Source of the DNA: a bacterium
Lineage (GTDB): Bacteria > CLD3 > SB21
Assembly: GCA_013360215.1 (NCBI GenBank)
Contig: JABWCP010000017.1
Location: 1 to 64,000, forward strand
Direction: 5' to 3'
DNA length: 64,000 nt
Part shown: in pieces, positions 51,171 through 61,842 of the stretch
Position numbering within the stretch: the first letter of the stretch is position 1
How the letters are laid out: every line of letters begins with the position of its first letter
Notes under the pieces: generated by a model
Told to the model about the DNA's origin: nothing
The model's input: the letters and a program-made list of their open reading frames with translations, nothing else
Database searches by the model: none
Program-made: the position numbers and the translations under genes

Positions 51171-52670
51171 TTATTTAATTTCGTTTGCTTTTTTAAATGC
51201 GGCTTCGGCTTCACGTTTTTTCTGCAAATTAACATAGGCCGTACCAAGCATGATCCATGTATTTGCATGGGAAGGGCGCAGCTCGGAGGCTTTTACCAAA
51301 TACGGAATTGCTTTTTCAAAATAAGGCTTTTGTTTTTTAACTTTTTCAGCGTTGACGAGCGTGTAGTACAAATGACCCTCGATTTCCGCCTGATAATTGT
51401 ACATTTTTCCGATACGGTAATTTGTTTCAGCCATTTCAAGTGTAGTCGGTAAACTGGCTTCCAATGATGCGATAGCATCAGCTATATCCGTGCGAACAAT
51501 CTCGATGTCGGATTTGAGCGTCGTAGTGATTTTGTTCATGTCGGCACGGGCGCCGCCATTTTTGTCAATCGTTTCAGTACGCTTACTTTGATAAGATTGA
51601 TACGACTGTTCAGCTACTTGGAAATTTACAACCGGATCATCTTTACGCAGACTTTTGACTTTACGAAATTGAGTGTTGGCTTTATCGAAATCTTTACGGT
51701 TATAGTATAGACGTCCGAGATTGAAATGTAAATCCGGGTTTTCCGGGTTTTTTTCTAATGCTTTGGTATACACGGCAATGGCTTCATCCGCTTTACCTTG
51801 ACGATCAAGCATAAGTGCCTTATCGCCGATGAGGGATGTCTGATATGCAACAGCTTGACTATCTGGAGCGTTCATGGCTAAAGCGGTATCCATCCAAGCC
51901 ATCATTTTTTCTTCATTATTTTCTTGTGTGTACAGACTTATAATGCTTGTGACAAATGAGAAATTAGCACGGTCAAGAGCATGCATTTTGGTAAGATATG
52001 ATACGATGTCTTCCCGAATTGTTTTTTTATTAGTTTCTTCTTTTTCCATATTAAGAAGCTGAATATATACGGTAGCAATCGTTCCATAAACGCCTAAAGC
52101 ATACGAACTCGGTACGTTATTGGCTGTAATGGTAACGGTAGGATCGATTTCAAGTAATGATTTGAATTTTGAAATGGTTTTATGATACAAAACCTTTTGA
52201 GAATCCGGCGATGTAGCAGCCGCGGCAGCACGATAAGCTTGATTGCCTTGGTTATATGTTTTCAGTTTGACATCATTCATCATATCTTTGATGGAGAAAA
52301 GATCAACACCGCCTGAAACTTTTTCTCCTTTTTCGAAATATTTCTTACCGAAGGTTAATGTTTTATTGCAATACTCCCATGCTTTAATCATATCATTCAT
52401 ACGATGATATACGGCGGCAGCATAGTAGTGTGTTTCTTCTTTTTCTTTATCATTTTTATCAACTTGAGCATTGTTGACCAATAAAATTTCTAAAGCCTGT
52501 TGGTAATATTTATCTGCATCACCGGGCTCATTAGAAGCATTTTTCAGACGTTGTTTAATGCCTGTAATAGATGCAGAATGGCTGATTTTCTTTTTTTCCT
52601 GCGCGAAAATTTGTTGACCTAAAATTAGACTAAGAAGAATCATCGCTGCGGATTTGAATACCAGTTTCAT
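51171..52670 (-). CDS. Secreted TPR-repeat protein
   Basis: Signal peptide (..IFA-Q); TPR motifs AIAVYTKALEKNPENPDLHFNLGRLYY and WIMLGTAYVNL. Confidence 0.8.
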   Translation of the reverse strand: MKLVFKSAAMILLSLILGQQIFAQEKKKISHSASITGIKQRLKNASNEPGDADKYYQQALEILLVNNAQVDKNDKEKEETHYYAAAVYHRMNDMIKAWEYCNKTLTFGKKYFEKGEKVSGGVDLFSIKDMMNDVKLKTYNQGNQAYRAAAAATSPDSQKVLYHKTISKFKSLLEIDPTVTITANNVPSSYALGVYGTIATVYIQLLNMEKEETNKKTIREDIVSYLTKMHALDRANFSFVTSIISLYTQENNEEKMMAWMDTALAMNAPDSQAVAYQTSLIGDKALMLDRQGKADEAIAVYTKALEKNPENPDLHFNLGRLYYNRKDFDKANTQFRKVKSLRKDDPVVNFQVAEQSYQSYQSKRTETIDKNGGARADMNKITTTLKSDIEIVRTDIADAIASLEASLPTTLEMAETNYRIGKMYNYQAEIEGHLYYTLVNAEKVKKQKPYFEKAIPYLVKASELRPSHANTWIMLGTAYVNLQKKREAEAAFKKANEIK

Positions 52671-52718
52671 TAGAAATCTCCAATCATTAGTGTGAATGAA
52701 ACAATATTATTATTTGTG

Positions 52719-53744
52719 TCAATTGAAACAATAATCCGGGCCTCGGAATATTTGTTTCTCAGTTATTATAGCCGAAATCAATTCGGCCGGTGTTACATCA
52801 AATGCAGGGTTGTATACATGCACACCATGTGGTGCTGTTTGTTTTCCCATACCCATTGTTATTTCGTCAGCTGAGCGCTCTTCAATGGTTATTGCGCTTC
52901 CGTCAGGTATTTGTTTGTCAATCGTCGAATGCGGAGCGACGACATAAAATGGTATTTTATGTTTTTCGCACAATACCGCTAAAGTATAAGTTCCGATTTT
53001 ATTTGCCGCATCACCATTACGTGCAATTCGATCAGAACCAACGATTACAGCCTGAACGCGGCCTTTGGACATAAGCTGTCCCGCCATATTATCGCAAATC
53101 AATGTATGGCGTATATTCTCTTTTTTTAATTCCCAAGCCGTTAATCGGGCGCCTTGTAAAAGTGGTCGCGTTTCATCAACCCAAACGTGGATTCTTTTTC
53201 CGTTTTGGTGGGCTGTTACCAGTACACCAAGGGCTGTACCGAATCCTCCTGTTGCAAGTCCGCCGGTATTACAGTGAGTCAAAACCTGCATGCCGTCGTC
53301 TATGAGTTCGGAGCCTAATTTTCCCATCGCAATACATGCATCTAGCTCTTCTTGGAGGATAAGGTGCGCTTCCTTAAGAACAGAAGATCGCAATATATCC
53401 GAGTTCGAAGCCGTGGAATAAACAGATTCGAAAACCTTTAGCACGCGATTGACGCCCCACGCAAGATTAACGGCGGTTGGGCGACTTTGGATCAATTGCG
53501 CACCTGTTTTGATGGCTTCGTCGCGAAGTATGGCTTTATCTGAAGTGGTACAACGATAAAGTCCTAAGCACAAACCGTATGCACCGGCAATTCCTAACGC
53601 AGGAGCCCCGCGAATTTTCAATTTTTTAATTGCATCAATGAGATCATCCACATCGGCGATTGTGAGATAAGTCTCATAAACCGGTAATTGGGTTTGATCA
53701 ATGATGCGTACAGCGGGATGCGCCCACCGTATCGTTTCAATCAT
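52719..53744 (-). CDS. mtnA: Methylthioribose-1-phosphate isomerase; start probably ATG 53744
   Basis: IDQTQLP, IRGAPALG, SRPTAVNL, THCNTGGLAT, ETRPLLQGARLT, NPAFDVTP. Confidence 0.95.
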   Translation of the reverse strand: MIETIRWAHPAVRIIDQTQLPVYETYLTIADVDDLIDAIKKLKIRGAPALGIAGAYGLCLGLYRCTTSDKAILRDEAIKTGAQLIQSRPTAVNLAWGVNRVLKVFESVYSTASNSDILRSSVLKEAHLILQEELDACIAMGKLGSELIDDGMQVLTHCNTGGLATGGFGTALGVLVTAHQNGKRIHVWVDETRPLLQGARLTAWELKKENIRHTLICDNMAGQLMSKGRVQAVIVGSDRIARNGDAANKIGTYTLAVLCEKHKIPFYVVAPHSTIDKQIPDGSAITIEERSADEITMGMGKQTAPHGVHVYNPAFDVTPAELISAIITEKQIFRGPDYCFN

Positions 53745-53782
53745 ATTAAGTTTAACAAAAACAAAAACGTAATTCTGTCGCG

Positions 53783-53811
53783 AATATATTGGTTGTACCA
53801 TAAAAAATCAA
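53783..53811 (-). promoter_or_regulatory. Putative sigma70-type promoter of mtnA
   Basis: Minus strand TTGATT-N17-TATATT. Confidence 0.55.
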
Positions 53812-53941
53812 GCAGTTTTACAATTTGCCAATCGTTATGATTAATGCCAATCTGACATGGATCAACATATAATTGAGCGAGTAAACGGATAGAATATTAA
53901 CAATGACAATAGAAGGGGGTATAAGGTTTGTTGTAAATAAA

Positions 53942-54316
53942 TTACAAAAGTCTAGCCAGAGTTTGGCCTAAGAGAACAAGTGCAAGCCCGCCCACAATGC
54001 TTCCGGCAATATAAAATATAGAAAAATAAAACTCCATCGTACGCATCATAAGTATGCTTTCGTATCCAAACGCTGAAAAAGTAGTGAAACCGCCGAGCAA
54101 TCCTACAGTGATAAATAATCGGATTTGCGGATTAAATGCAGAACGTATTTCAGCGATCTCCATAATGAATCCTATAAAAAAACAACCGATGAGATTGACA
54201 ATCAAAGTACCCAAAGGAAACAACAAACCGGAACGTTGTTGTATGACGTATTGAAGCCCATACCTTGCCATTGCACCCAGTGCGCCGCCTAATCCGATCA
54301 GGATAAATTGAGTCAT
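53942..54316 (-). CDS. crcB: Fluoride channel CrcB/FluC
   Basis: GGALGAMARY, FPLGTLIVNLIGCF, GLLGGFTTFSAF. Confidence 0.96.
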   Translation of the reverse strand: MTQFILIGLGGALGAMARYGLQYVIQQRSGLLFPLGTLIVNLIGCFFIGFIMEIAEIRSAFNPQIRLFITVGLLGGFTTFSAFGYESILMMRTMEFYFSIFYIAGSIVGGLALVLLGQTLARLL

Positions 54317-54349
54317 ATTATAAAATTGTAAAATTAACGGAGTTAATTT

Positions 54350-55213
54350 CTATAGATAAATATCTAATGCCGTAAAAACAAAGTAGGTGATACTGATGAA
54401 GCCATTCATATTCATGAAAGCGATATTTACTTTGGATAAATCATGAGCACGTACTAACGATTGTTCGTATATCAGCAAAGCCGTAATTATGCACACACCT
54501 GCGAAATATATCCAGCCCATTTCCCAGTGAAAACCGACGTATGTTAGAAAAAAAACGGCTGTCGCATGCAAGAAACGCGAAATCCACAGAGCATTGGTAA
54601 TTCCAAATTTGCCCGGTATCGAAAACAAACCTTCAGAGCGATCAAATTCGTAATCCTGGCAAGCATAGATTATATCAAATCCGGAAACCCAAGTTAATAC
54701 GGCGCAACCAAGCATGAATGCCGTCCAATCCCATTGGCCGGACATAGCGATCCATGCTCCCAGGGGAGCGATTCCCAGCGCGATTCCTAAAAAAATATGT
54801 GCTGAAGCCGTAAAACGTTTGGTAATGGAATAAAATAAAACAAAAAAAAGAGCGACGGGTGATAACATAAAACATAGAGGGTTGAGAAAATAGGATGCCA
54901 AAACCAGCGCGGCTGATGCTATAACCACAAATATCCATGCTTGCTTTTGCGTGATAACACCGCGAGGAATTTCTCGATTCACCGTACGTGGATTTTTTGC
55001 ATCATACCGTGCGTCCACGATACGATTGAAGCCCATCGCCGCACTGCGTGCACCGGCCATGGCGATGACGATCCAAAAAAATTTGGACAAGGTCAGTGGA
55101 AACTCGCGGCCGCTGACGACAAACGATGTTAAAGCAAACGGTAGCGCAAAAATCGTATGAGAAAACTTGATCATGCGACCGTAATCAACAACTAACTTCC
55201 AAACGCGCATCAT
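54350..55213 (-). CDS. ubiA: UbiA-family polyprenyltransferase (MqnP-like subgroup)
   Basis: [46 protein letters not shown]. Confidence 0.85.
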   Translation of the reverse strand: MMRVWKLVVDYGRMIKFSHTIFALPFALTSFVVSGREFPLTLSKFFWIVIAMAGARSAAMGFNRIVDARYDAKNPRTVNREIPRGVITQKQAWIFVVIASAALVLASYFLNPLCFMLSPVALFFVLFYSITKRFTASAHIFLGIALGIAPLGAWIAMSGQWDWTAFMLGCAVLTWVSGFDIIYACQDYEFDRSEGLFSIPGKFGITNALWISRFLHATAVFFLTYVGFHWEMGWIYFAGVCIITALLIYEQSLVRAHDLSKVNIAFMNMNGFISITYFVFTALDIYL

Positions 55214-55785
55214 GCGTTGTATTCCTTGCGCGTAAGTTCTTCGAATTTGTCAAAGGAGATTTTAGGGTGACCAAAACGGCAAGCCAAGTCGAGCCATTTT
55301 TGCGCTTCATTTTTTTGTCCGCGTAAAATGTAAACAGCGGCGAGGCCTCGCTTAGCCATGACGTATTTGTCATCCACCAAGAGCGCATCGCGGAACGCTT
55401 TTTCGGCATCATCATATTTTTTTAAATAAAGCCATGCATGTCCGAGATAAACTAGAGCAACGGCTTCTACTTTGAAAGAATACAGACCGTACGAAAAAAA
55501 CATCAACCACTTTATCCAAGGAGCGCCACGCAGAGTTTCCAGGAATTGCCGAAATCGTATTGTTGCTTGTTCAGGACGTTTACGACGCAATTCGCGTTTT
55601 CCTGCAAAAAAATCAAACCAATAGTAGCGTGCCAAACGATTGGGGATAAGGATCACGGCCGCCATTAAAACCATTTGATACATTTTGAGTTGATAGTTGA
55701 TCATCAAATAACCAAAACCCGTTATGATCAGACCTAAAAGTATGATATACAAAAAACGATTGCGGGCAACGCGATGTTTGAACAT
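55210..55785 (-). CDS. Membrane protein with TPR motifs; start probably ATG 55785
   Basis: Two N-terminal TM segments, YLGHAWLYLKKYDDAEKAFRDAL TPR-like motif; GAGG SD; ATGA overlap with ubiA. Confidence 0.7.
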   Translation of the reverse strand: MFKHRVARNRFLYIILLGLIITGFGYLMINYQLKMYQMVLMAAVILIPNRLARYYWFDFFAGKRELRRKRPEQATIRFRQFLETLRGAPWIKWLMFFSYGLYSFKVEAVALVYLGHAWLYLKKYDDAEKAFRDALLVDDKYVMAKRGLAAVYILRGQKNEAQKWLDLACRFGHPKISFDKFEELTRKEYNA

Positions 55786-55852
55786 AGTTTTTTCCTCGAT
55801 TGTGCGTACGATACCAAAAAAATCAATGCCGTGCAAGGCTTGAAAATACATT

Positions 55853-55881
55853 TTGCATTTTACAATGCGATAAACTATATT
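55853..55881 (+). promoter_or_regulatory. Putative sigma70-type promoter of recJ
   Basis: TTGCAT-N17-TATATT. Confidence 0.55.
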
Positions 55882-55990
55882 TTATCAAGGGTTTATTTAT
55901 TATCTTTCGGCCCTAATGAAATCAAAAGTGGATTTTTTTCAATTATGATGTTTAAAAAACTAAATATAAATCAAACCATTACAATCCCTT

Positions 55991-57721
55991 ATGTTGGAAC
56001 AACAATGGGTACTGAGCAATCATCATGACAAGGAGCGTGTAAAGAAATTAGCGGAAGAAATTAACGTACCGGAGCTTATAGCCGGCATCCTTTTCAATCG
56101 TGGTATTCGTACGTTTGAAGAGGCTAAAAATTTTTTCCGGGCAGAGAGCGCACCGCTCAATGATCCTTTTCTTATGCACAATATGGATATTGCGGTTGAT
56201 CGTGTAACCCGCGCGATCAATAACCGTGAATCTATCATGATTTATGGCGATTACGATGTGGACGGTACGACCAGTACTTCCATGTTGTATCTCTTCTTCA
56301 AAGAAATTCACCGCGGATTTATTTCCTACTACATTCCGGATCGCGTCAAAGAAGGGTATGGGCTTTCTCCGACGGGCATCAAGTATGCTCAAGAGCAGGG
56401 GATTGACTTACTTATTGCGGTAGATTGTGGTATAACCGCTATTGATCAGGTCAATCTTGCCAATAAATACGGGATTGACGTGATAATTTGTGACCATCAT
56501 CATCCCGGCGATCAATTACCTGCGGCGCTAGCTATTCTCAACCCCAAAAAAGAATCGTGCCCTTATCCGTACAAAGAACTGTGCGGCGTGGGCGTAGCAT
56601 TCAAATTAGCACAGGCGATCACGCAGACATTGAAAATAGACGAAGATGTGCTTATGCAACATCTTGATCTGGTGGCGATCGGCAGCGCTGCTGACATCGT
56701 ACCGCTTACGGGAGAGAATCGCACCTTAGTAAAAAACGGGCTCAAATTAGTCAGCGATGCCAATAAAGTCGGAATTCGCCAGCTGGTCAAGAATGCCAAT
56801 GTGTTCGGCAAACCTATTTCAACCGCACAGATTGTTTTTTCATTAGCGCCCCGTATCAATGCCGTAGGCCGATTGGGTGACGCTAATAGAGCTGTAAAAT
56901 TATTGGTTACTAAAAGTGAATCCGAAGCCGTCGAATTTGCCAGTGTTTTGGAATCTGAGAATCGCAATCGCCGTGATCTCAACGAGGTAATGTTTCTTGA
57001 AGCTTGTGAAATCGTCGATCAAGAGTTTGATTTTGTCAATGACAAAGTCATCGTGGTTTATAAAAAAGGATGGCATCAAGGTGTGATCGGTATCGTGGCC
57101 AGCAAACTTGTTGAACGTTATTATCGTCCAGCCGTGGTTATCGCCGAAGCCGACGATAAAGGTAAAGGTTCGGCGCGCAGCGTAGAAAATTTTGATGTGT
57201 TTCAAGCGCTCAAGTCGTGCGAAGATCTCATGGTCGGTTACGGAGGCCACAAATATGCGGCCGGATTGACCATAGACCTCAATAACATAGAAGAGTTTCG
57301 CCGCAGACTGAATGAATATGCTGCTATTCATCTTCCGCCCAACGATCTGATCCCGAAAATCCATATTGATGCCGAAATTTCATTAGATGAAATCAACAAT
57401 CGTCTGATGACATTGCTTAATCTTTTTAAACCGCATGGCCCGGCTAATATGAGACCGATATTTATCTCACGTTCTTTGCAGATCGTGGGTTATCCTCAAT
57501 TGATGAATGAGCGTCATATCCGAATGAAAGTTCGCCAAAATGGTGCCGTGTTTGACGCTGTGGGCTTCAATCTAGGGCACTATTACAACAAAATCGGCGT
57601 AGGTGATAATCCGCTGGATCTGGTGTACCAGATTGATGAGAATACCTGGCAAGGTCGGACGACTATACAGCTTAAAATCAAAGATCTGAAAATTCAGACT
57701 AACGGAAACGGTTATCACTAG
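55991..57721 (+). CDS. recJ: Single-stranded-DNA-specific exonuclease RecJ
   Basis: GDYDVDG, VDCG, CDHH, APRINAVGRL, GSARS, GGHKYAAG. Confidence 0.97.
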   Translation: MLEQQWVLSNHHDKERVKKLAEEINVPELIAGILFNRGIRTFEEAKNFFRAESAPLNDPFLMHNMDIAVDRVTRAINNRESIMIYGDYDVDGTTSTSMLYLFFKEIHRGFISYYIPDRVKEGYGLSPTGIKYAQEQGIDLLIAVDCGITAIDQVNLANKYGIDVIICDHHHPGDQLPAALAILNPKKESCPYPYKELCGVGVAFKLAQAITQTLKIDEDVLMQHLDLVAIGSAADIVPLTGENRTLVKNGLKLVSDANKVGIRQLVKNANVFGKPISTAQIVFSLAPRINAVGRLGDANRAVKLLVTKSESEAVEFASVLESENRNRRDLNEVMFLEACEIVDQEFDFVNDKVIVVYKKGWHQGVIGIVASKLVERYYRPAVVIAEADDKGKGSARSVENFDVFQALKSCEDLMVGYGGHKYAAGLTIDLNNIEEFRRRLNEYAAIHLPPNDLIPKIHIDAEISLDEINNRLMTLLNLFKPHGPANMRPIFISRSLQIVGYPQLMNERHIRMKVRQNGAVFDAVGFNLGHYYNKIGVGDNPLDLVYQIDENTWQGRTTIQLKIKDLKIQTNGNGYH

Positions 57722-57722
57722 C

Positions 57723-58319
57723 ATGGGTATGCAGGCCAAACCCGCCGTTTTTTTTGATCGTGACGGTACTCTGAATGTTGAAAAAAATTACCTGTATCGT
57801 CCTGAAGATTTTGAGTGGATATCTGGTGCGCAAGAGGCCGTGCATTTGCTCAATGAAGCGGGTTTTTTGGTTTTTGTTATTACCAATCAGGCCGGAGTGG
57901 CGCGTGGTTTTTATAGCGAACAAGATGTAAATCGTCTACATGATTTTATGGCGGATCAATTAGAACAAAAAAAGGCACACATGGATGCCTTTTTTTATTG
58001 CCCGCATCATCCGGAAGGCACGATACCCGAATACACTAAACTATGCGATTGCCGCAAACCGGCATCGGGCATGATTCGGCAGGCGTTAATGAGGTTTGAT
58101 ATTGATTTAAACACTTCGTTTGTGGTTGGAGATTATAAGTCGGATATTGAGTTGGCCAATCGTGAAGCCATACGATCGGTACTGGTAAAAACAGGGCATG
58201 GACAAAAGACACTCGATGCGATGAGCACCGGATCAACGGCGTGTAAACCAGATCATATAGCCGAAGAAGTTACCGAAGCCGTTCGATGGATATTATGGCA
58301 ACATAGGGAGCGTAAATAA
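57723..58319 (+). CDS. gmhB: D-glycero-D-manno-heptose 1,7-bisphosphate phosphatase (HAD)
   Basis: DRDGTLN, ITNQAGVARG, CPHHP...CDCRKP, VGD. Confidence 0.9.
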   Translation: MGMQAKPAVFFDRDGTLNVEKNYLYRPEDFEWISGAQEAVHLLNEAGFLVFVITNQAGVARGFYSEQDVNRLHDFMADQLEQKKAHMDAFFYCPHHPEGTIPEYTKLCDCRKPASGMIRQALMRFDIDLNTSFVVGDYKSDIELANREAIRSVLVKTGHGQKTLDAMSTGSTACKPDHIAEEVTEAVRWILWQHRERK

Positions 58320-59479
58320 TGCAGTATCCGTTTTCATCCTTGAGCCAAACGCTGAAAGGTTCACCCACCGTTCGGCTTGCTGAAAAAGCACAGACGCTGA
58401 AAGATGCGGGCGTTGATATCGTAGATCTGACTATCGGGGAACCGGATTTCCCGACACCTGCGCATATTAGCGAGGCCGCCTATCGTGCAGCACAAGCGGG
58501 TAATACTAAGTATACCAACAGCCGCGGGATACTTCCTCTACGTAAGGCGATTGCCGAAAAACTTCAACGAGATTACTCACTTTCATATGATGCGAATACT
58601 GAAATTATCGTAACTCCCGGCGGGAAACAAGCTGTGGTGTATGTGATCCAGGCAATAATCAATCCGGGCGATGAAGTGATATGTATCGAACCGTGTTGGG
58701 TCGGTTACGAGGGTTCTATAGCAATGGCCGGAGGCCAATATATCGGCGTACCTATGTATGAATCGGATAATTTTTGTATAGATATTGATCGCCTTCGAGC
58801 GGCGGTGACGCCTAAAACTAAATTAATCATCATCAATAGTCCGTCTAATCCTACCGGTAAGGTCCTTTCAAAACGGGAAATCGAAAGTATTTGTTCTGTA
58901 TGTAATGAACGCAATCTGATGCTTCTGACGGATGATATTTATGAAAAAATACTATACGATAATCACATGTTTGTCCCTGCAGCCGGTTTACCGGGCATGC
59001 GCGATCGTACGATCATACTCAATGGTTTTTCCAAGGCATACTCGATGACGGGTTGGCGACTGGCGTATTTGGCCGCCCATAAACAAATCATATCGGAGAT
59101 CAATAAACTGCAACAGCTTTCAGCAACATGTCCTTCGTCGGTGAGTCAATGGGCGGGTGTGGAAGCCTTGAACGGTGATCAATCCGCTATTCAAGTCATG
59201 GCGTCAGCTTATGCTGTACGCCGCGAAATCGTCGTGCAGGGATTTACTAAACATGGTTTGCCATGTTTCAGACCCGAAGGCGCTTTTTACGCATGGATCA
59301 ATGTGAAAAAGTTAGGTATGAATTCTGTCGCGGCATGCGAATATATACTTGATAAATGCAATATCGCCGCTGTACCCGGAAGTGCTTTTGGAATCTCGGG
59401 CGAAGGTTATATCCGCGCCTCATTTGCTACGTCAGAAGAAAATTTACAAAAAGCTATTAAAAACCTTGAGAATTTGTAA
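58319..59479 (+). CDS. PLP-dependent aminotransferase class I/II (aspartate aminotransferase-like)
   Basis: GEPDF, NSPSNPTG, DDIYE, GFSKAYSMTGWRL. Confidence 0.92.
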   Translation: MQYPFSSLSQTLKGSPTVRLAEKAQTLKDAGVDIVDLTIGEPDFPTPAHISEAAYRAAQAGNTKYTNSRGILPLRKAIAEKLQRDYSLSYDANTEIIVTPGGKQAVVYVIQAIINPGDEVICIEPCWVGYEGSIAMAGGQYIGVPMYESDNFCIDIDRLRAAVTPKTKLIIINSPSNPTGKVLSKREIESICSVCNERNLMLLTDDIYEKILYDNHMFVPAAGLPGMRDRTIILNGFSKAYSMTGWRLAYLAAHKQIISEINKLQQLSATCPSSVSQWAGVEALNGDQSAIQVMASAYAVRREIVVQGFTKHGLPCFRPEGAFYAWINVKKLGMNSVAACEYILDKCNIAAVPGSAFGISGEGYIRASFATSEENLQKAIKNLENL

Positions 59480-59494
59480 TCGGTAGTATATATT
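59466..59494 (+). promoter_or_regulatory. Putative promoter of tRNA-Pro with GC-rich discriminator
   Basis: TTGAGA-N17-TATATT-GCCGCC. Confidence 0.6.
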
Positions 59495-59520
59495 GCCGCC
59501 GTTGTTTGAATAATATGGAT

Positions 59521-59595
59521 CGGAATGTGGCGCAGCCCGGATAGCGCACTCCCTTGGGGTGGGAGGGGTCGGAGGTTCAAATCCTCTCATTCCGA
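59521..59595 (+). tRNA. trnP: tRNA-Pro (GGG anticodon), 3' CCA not encoded
   Basis: Acceptor CGGAATG/CATTCCG, D stem GCGC/GCGC, anticodon arm CTCCC-TTGGGGT-GGGAG, T-loop TTCAAAT. Confidence 0.96.
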
Positions 59596-59596
59596 C

Positions 59597-59635
59597 AAAA
59601 AAGAAAAGCCCTCATCAACGAGGGCTTTTCTTTTT
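59597..59635 (+). terminator. Bidirectional intrinsic terminator between tRNA-Pro and the OPT gene
   Basis: AAAAAAGAAAAGCCCTC-ATCAAC-GAGGGCTTTTCTTTTT. Confidence 0.88.
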
Positions 59636-59653
59636 ATGATATTTTTATAGCCT

Positions 59654-61639
59654 CTATTCTTCTTCCGGTTTTCCGCGCATCGAGTCCCAATACATATAGA
59701 TCAGAATTCCAACAAACATCAAACCGGCTAATAATTCACCCCCGTGCGATTCAGCCCATTCGGCATTAAACCAGTTATATCCCGCATAGCGTAAGATCGC
59801 GCTGATTACGCCCATGAGGGCGCCGCCGGCAATGAAGCCCGAAGCGATGAGCGTGCCGCGTTCGCGACGCGCATTGTTAAGTTTTTCGTCGGTGGAACGG
59901 GTTGAAACCCAGTGAGCTATCAGACCACCGAAAAGCAAGGGTGTATTGAGTTCTAAGGGAATATACATCCCTAGGGCAAAAGCGAGTGCCGGTACGCCTA
60001 ACCATGCCAGTACTATCGCCATAAATGCACCTCCGACATACAGCATCCACGGTGCCGGTTGACCGGTCATCAGCGGCTGTATGACGGCGGCCATGGCATT
60101 GGCTTGTGGTGCAACTAATGCATCAGGCCCGGTAAACCCGTAGGTTTCATTGAGAAGCATGATCACCCATCCTACAGTAAGTGATGCTACTAATGCACCC
60201 GCAAATTTCCATGTTTCTTGTTTGTACGGAGAGGAACCGAGCCAATATCCGATTTTGAGGTCCGTAATAAAAGAACCAGCACATGATAAAGCTGTACAGA
60301 CTACGCCACCGATGATCAGTGCCGAGAGCATACCGACTTCACCTGTAAGACCGGATGAAACTAATACTACAGACGCGATGATAAGCGTCATTAAGGTCAT
60401 ACCGGAAACGGGATTTGTTCCGACAATAGCGATCGCATTAGCCGCAACGGTCGTAAACAAAAATGATATAATGAGCACCACTGCGAGTCCGATCAGTGCG
60501 TGGGTCAGATTTTGTACAACGCCCATTTGAAAAAATATGAAAATCATAACGGCTACAACCAAAACACCGATGCCGACGATTTTCATACTCAGATCACGTT
60601 GGGTGCGCAAGGCATTAGCGTTGTCGCCTTTGTTACCGCCGATTTCTTTGAATCCTAAGATGAAAGCTGACTTGATGATACCGGATGAACGAATAATGCC
60701 AATGATGCCGGCCATTGCGATACCACCGATGCCGATATGACGAACGTAATTTCTAAAAATTTCCTCCGCCGTCATAGCGCCGATCAGTTTGGTTACATTG
60801 ACGCCGAGCGGTGTCGTAAGGCCTGTGCCTATGTAATATACGGTCGGAATCAGAAGATACCACGAGACGAATGAACCGCAAGCAATGATCAATGAATAAC
60901 GCAGACCGATAATAAAACCGAGGCCGGTTACGGCGGCGCCGATATTCACTTTAAAAACAAGCTTGGCTTTATCGGCTAATTCCATGCCCCATGGCAATGC
61001 GCGGGTTGAAAAAACTTCGCTCCACCAACCAAAAGTAGCCACGATAAAATCGTAAATTCCGCCTATGATGCCTGATAATACCAATACTTTCGCTTGATTG
61101 CCGCCTTTTTCGCCGGCCACAAGAACTTCGGTTGTGGCCGTTGCTTCCGGAAAGGGAAACTTACCGTGCATGTCGGCTACGAAATATTTACGGAATGGAA
61201 TCAGGAATAGGGTTCCTAGAAAAGCACCGAAAAGCGATGCTAGGAATACTTTGAAAAAGTCAGCTTGGAGGTTGAGAATGTAAAGCGCTGGTATTGTAAA
61301 TATGGCGCCTGCTACCACCGCGCCGCTATTGGCTCCGATGGATTGAATGATCACATTTTCGCCCAGCGCATTTTTGCGTTTCGAAGCGGCGGAAAGTCCT
61401 ACGGCGATGATCGCGATAGGGATGGCGGCTTCAAAAACCTGACCGATTTTGAGTCCTAAATATGCGGCGGCCGCAGAAAACAACATCGCCATGATCAGTC
61501 CCCAAAAAACAGACCTGAAATTTACTTCGGGATACACCTGCTGCGGTGACATAATGGGGGTGTAGGTTTCGCCGGGCTTTAATTCCGTGTAGGCATTGGA
61601 GGGTAAACCTTTGACGCCTTGAGAAGAATGTTCGCTCAT
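59654..61639 (-). CDS. OPT-family oligopeptide transporter
   Basis: YLGLKIG, ENVIIQSIG, FPEATATTEVL, DLKIGYWLG, APQANAMA; many TM segments. Confidence 0.93.
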   Translation of the reverse strand: MSEHSSQGVKGLPSNAYTELKPGETYTPIMSPQQVYPEVNFRSVFWGLIMAMLFSAAAAYLGLKIGQVFEAAIPIAIIAVGLSAASKRKNALGENVIIQSIGANSGAVVAGAIFTIPALYILNLQADFFKVFLASLFGAFLGTLFLIPFRKYFVADMHGKFPFPEATATTEVLVAGEKGGNQAKVLVLSGIIGGIYDFIVATFGWWSEVFSTRALPWGMELADKAKLVFKVNIGAAVTGLGFIIGLRYSLIIACGSFVSWYLLIPTVYYIGTGLTTPLGVNVTKLIGAMTAEEIFRNYVRHIGIGGIAMAGIIGIIRSSGIIKSAFILGFKEIGGNKGDNANALRTQRDLSMKIVGIGVLVVAVMIFIFFQMGVVQNLTHALIGLAVVLIISFLFTTVAANAIAIVGTNPVSGMTLMTLIIASVVLVSSGLTGEVGMLSALIIGGVVCTALSCAGSFITDLKIGYWLGSSPYKQETWKFAGALVASLTVGWVIMLLNETYGFTGPDALVAPQANAMAAVIQPLMTGQPAPWMLYVGGAFMAIVLAWLGVPALAFALGMYIPLELNTPLLFGGLIAHWVSTRSTDEKLNNARRERGTLIASGFIAGGALMGVISAILRYAGYNWFNAEWAESHGGELLAGLMFVGILIYMYWDSMRGKPEEE

Positions 61640-61842
61640 ACGTGTCTCGCTTGAAGTTCGGTGAGAGAATTTAATTATTTAGAAATGATTGATTGAATAT
61701 AGATAGGCGCTCAAAACAAGCAAACACGAGCCTATCTGAAGTAATCAGGTCAAACGTAAATCAAAGAAAGGTTACAGTCGTCAAGCGCAGAATACCATGA
61801 GAAAAATCATAAAGGCCAACTGCGAATATATAAGGCTTGCGG

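Noticed and set aside
53790-53860. Sigma-54 promoter with IHF site, or SAM riboswitch, upstream of mtnA
   Set aside because: TGGTAC has no matching -12 GC; the IHF-like AATCAA is better read as the -35 of TTGATT-N17-TATATT; no SAM aptamer motifs seen
54317-54349. Fluoride riboswitch upstream of crcB
   Set aside because: Only 33 AT-rich nt separate ubiA from crcB, and no GGCGATGG-type aptamer core is present
59521-59660. tRNA-Pro (or tRNA-Trp) as a genomic island attachment site
   Set aside because: No integrase and no duplicated tRNA 3' end noticed in the window
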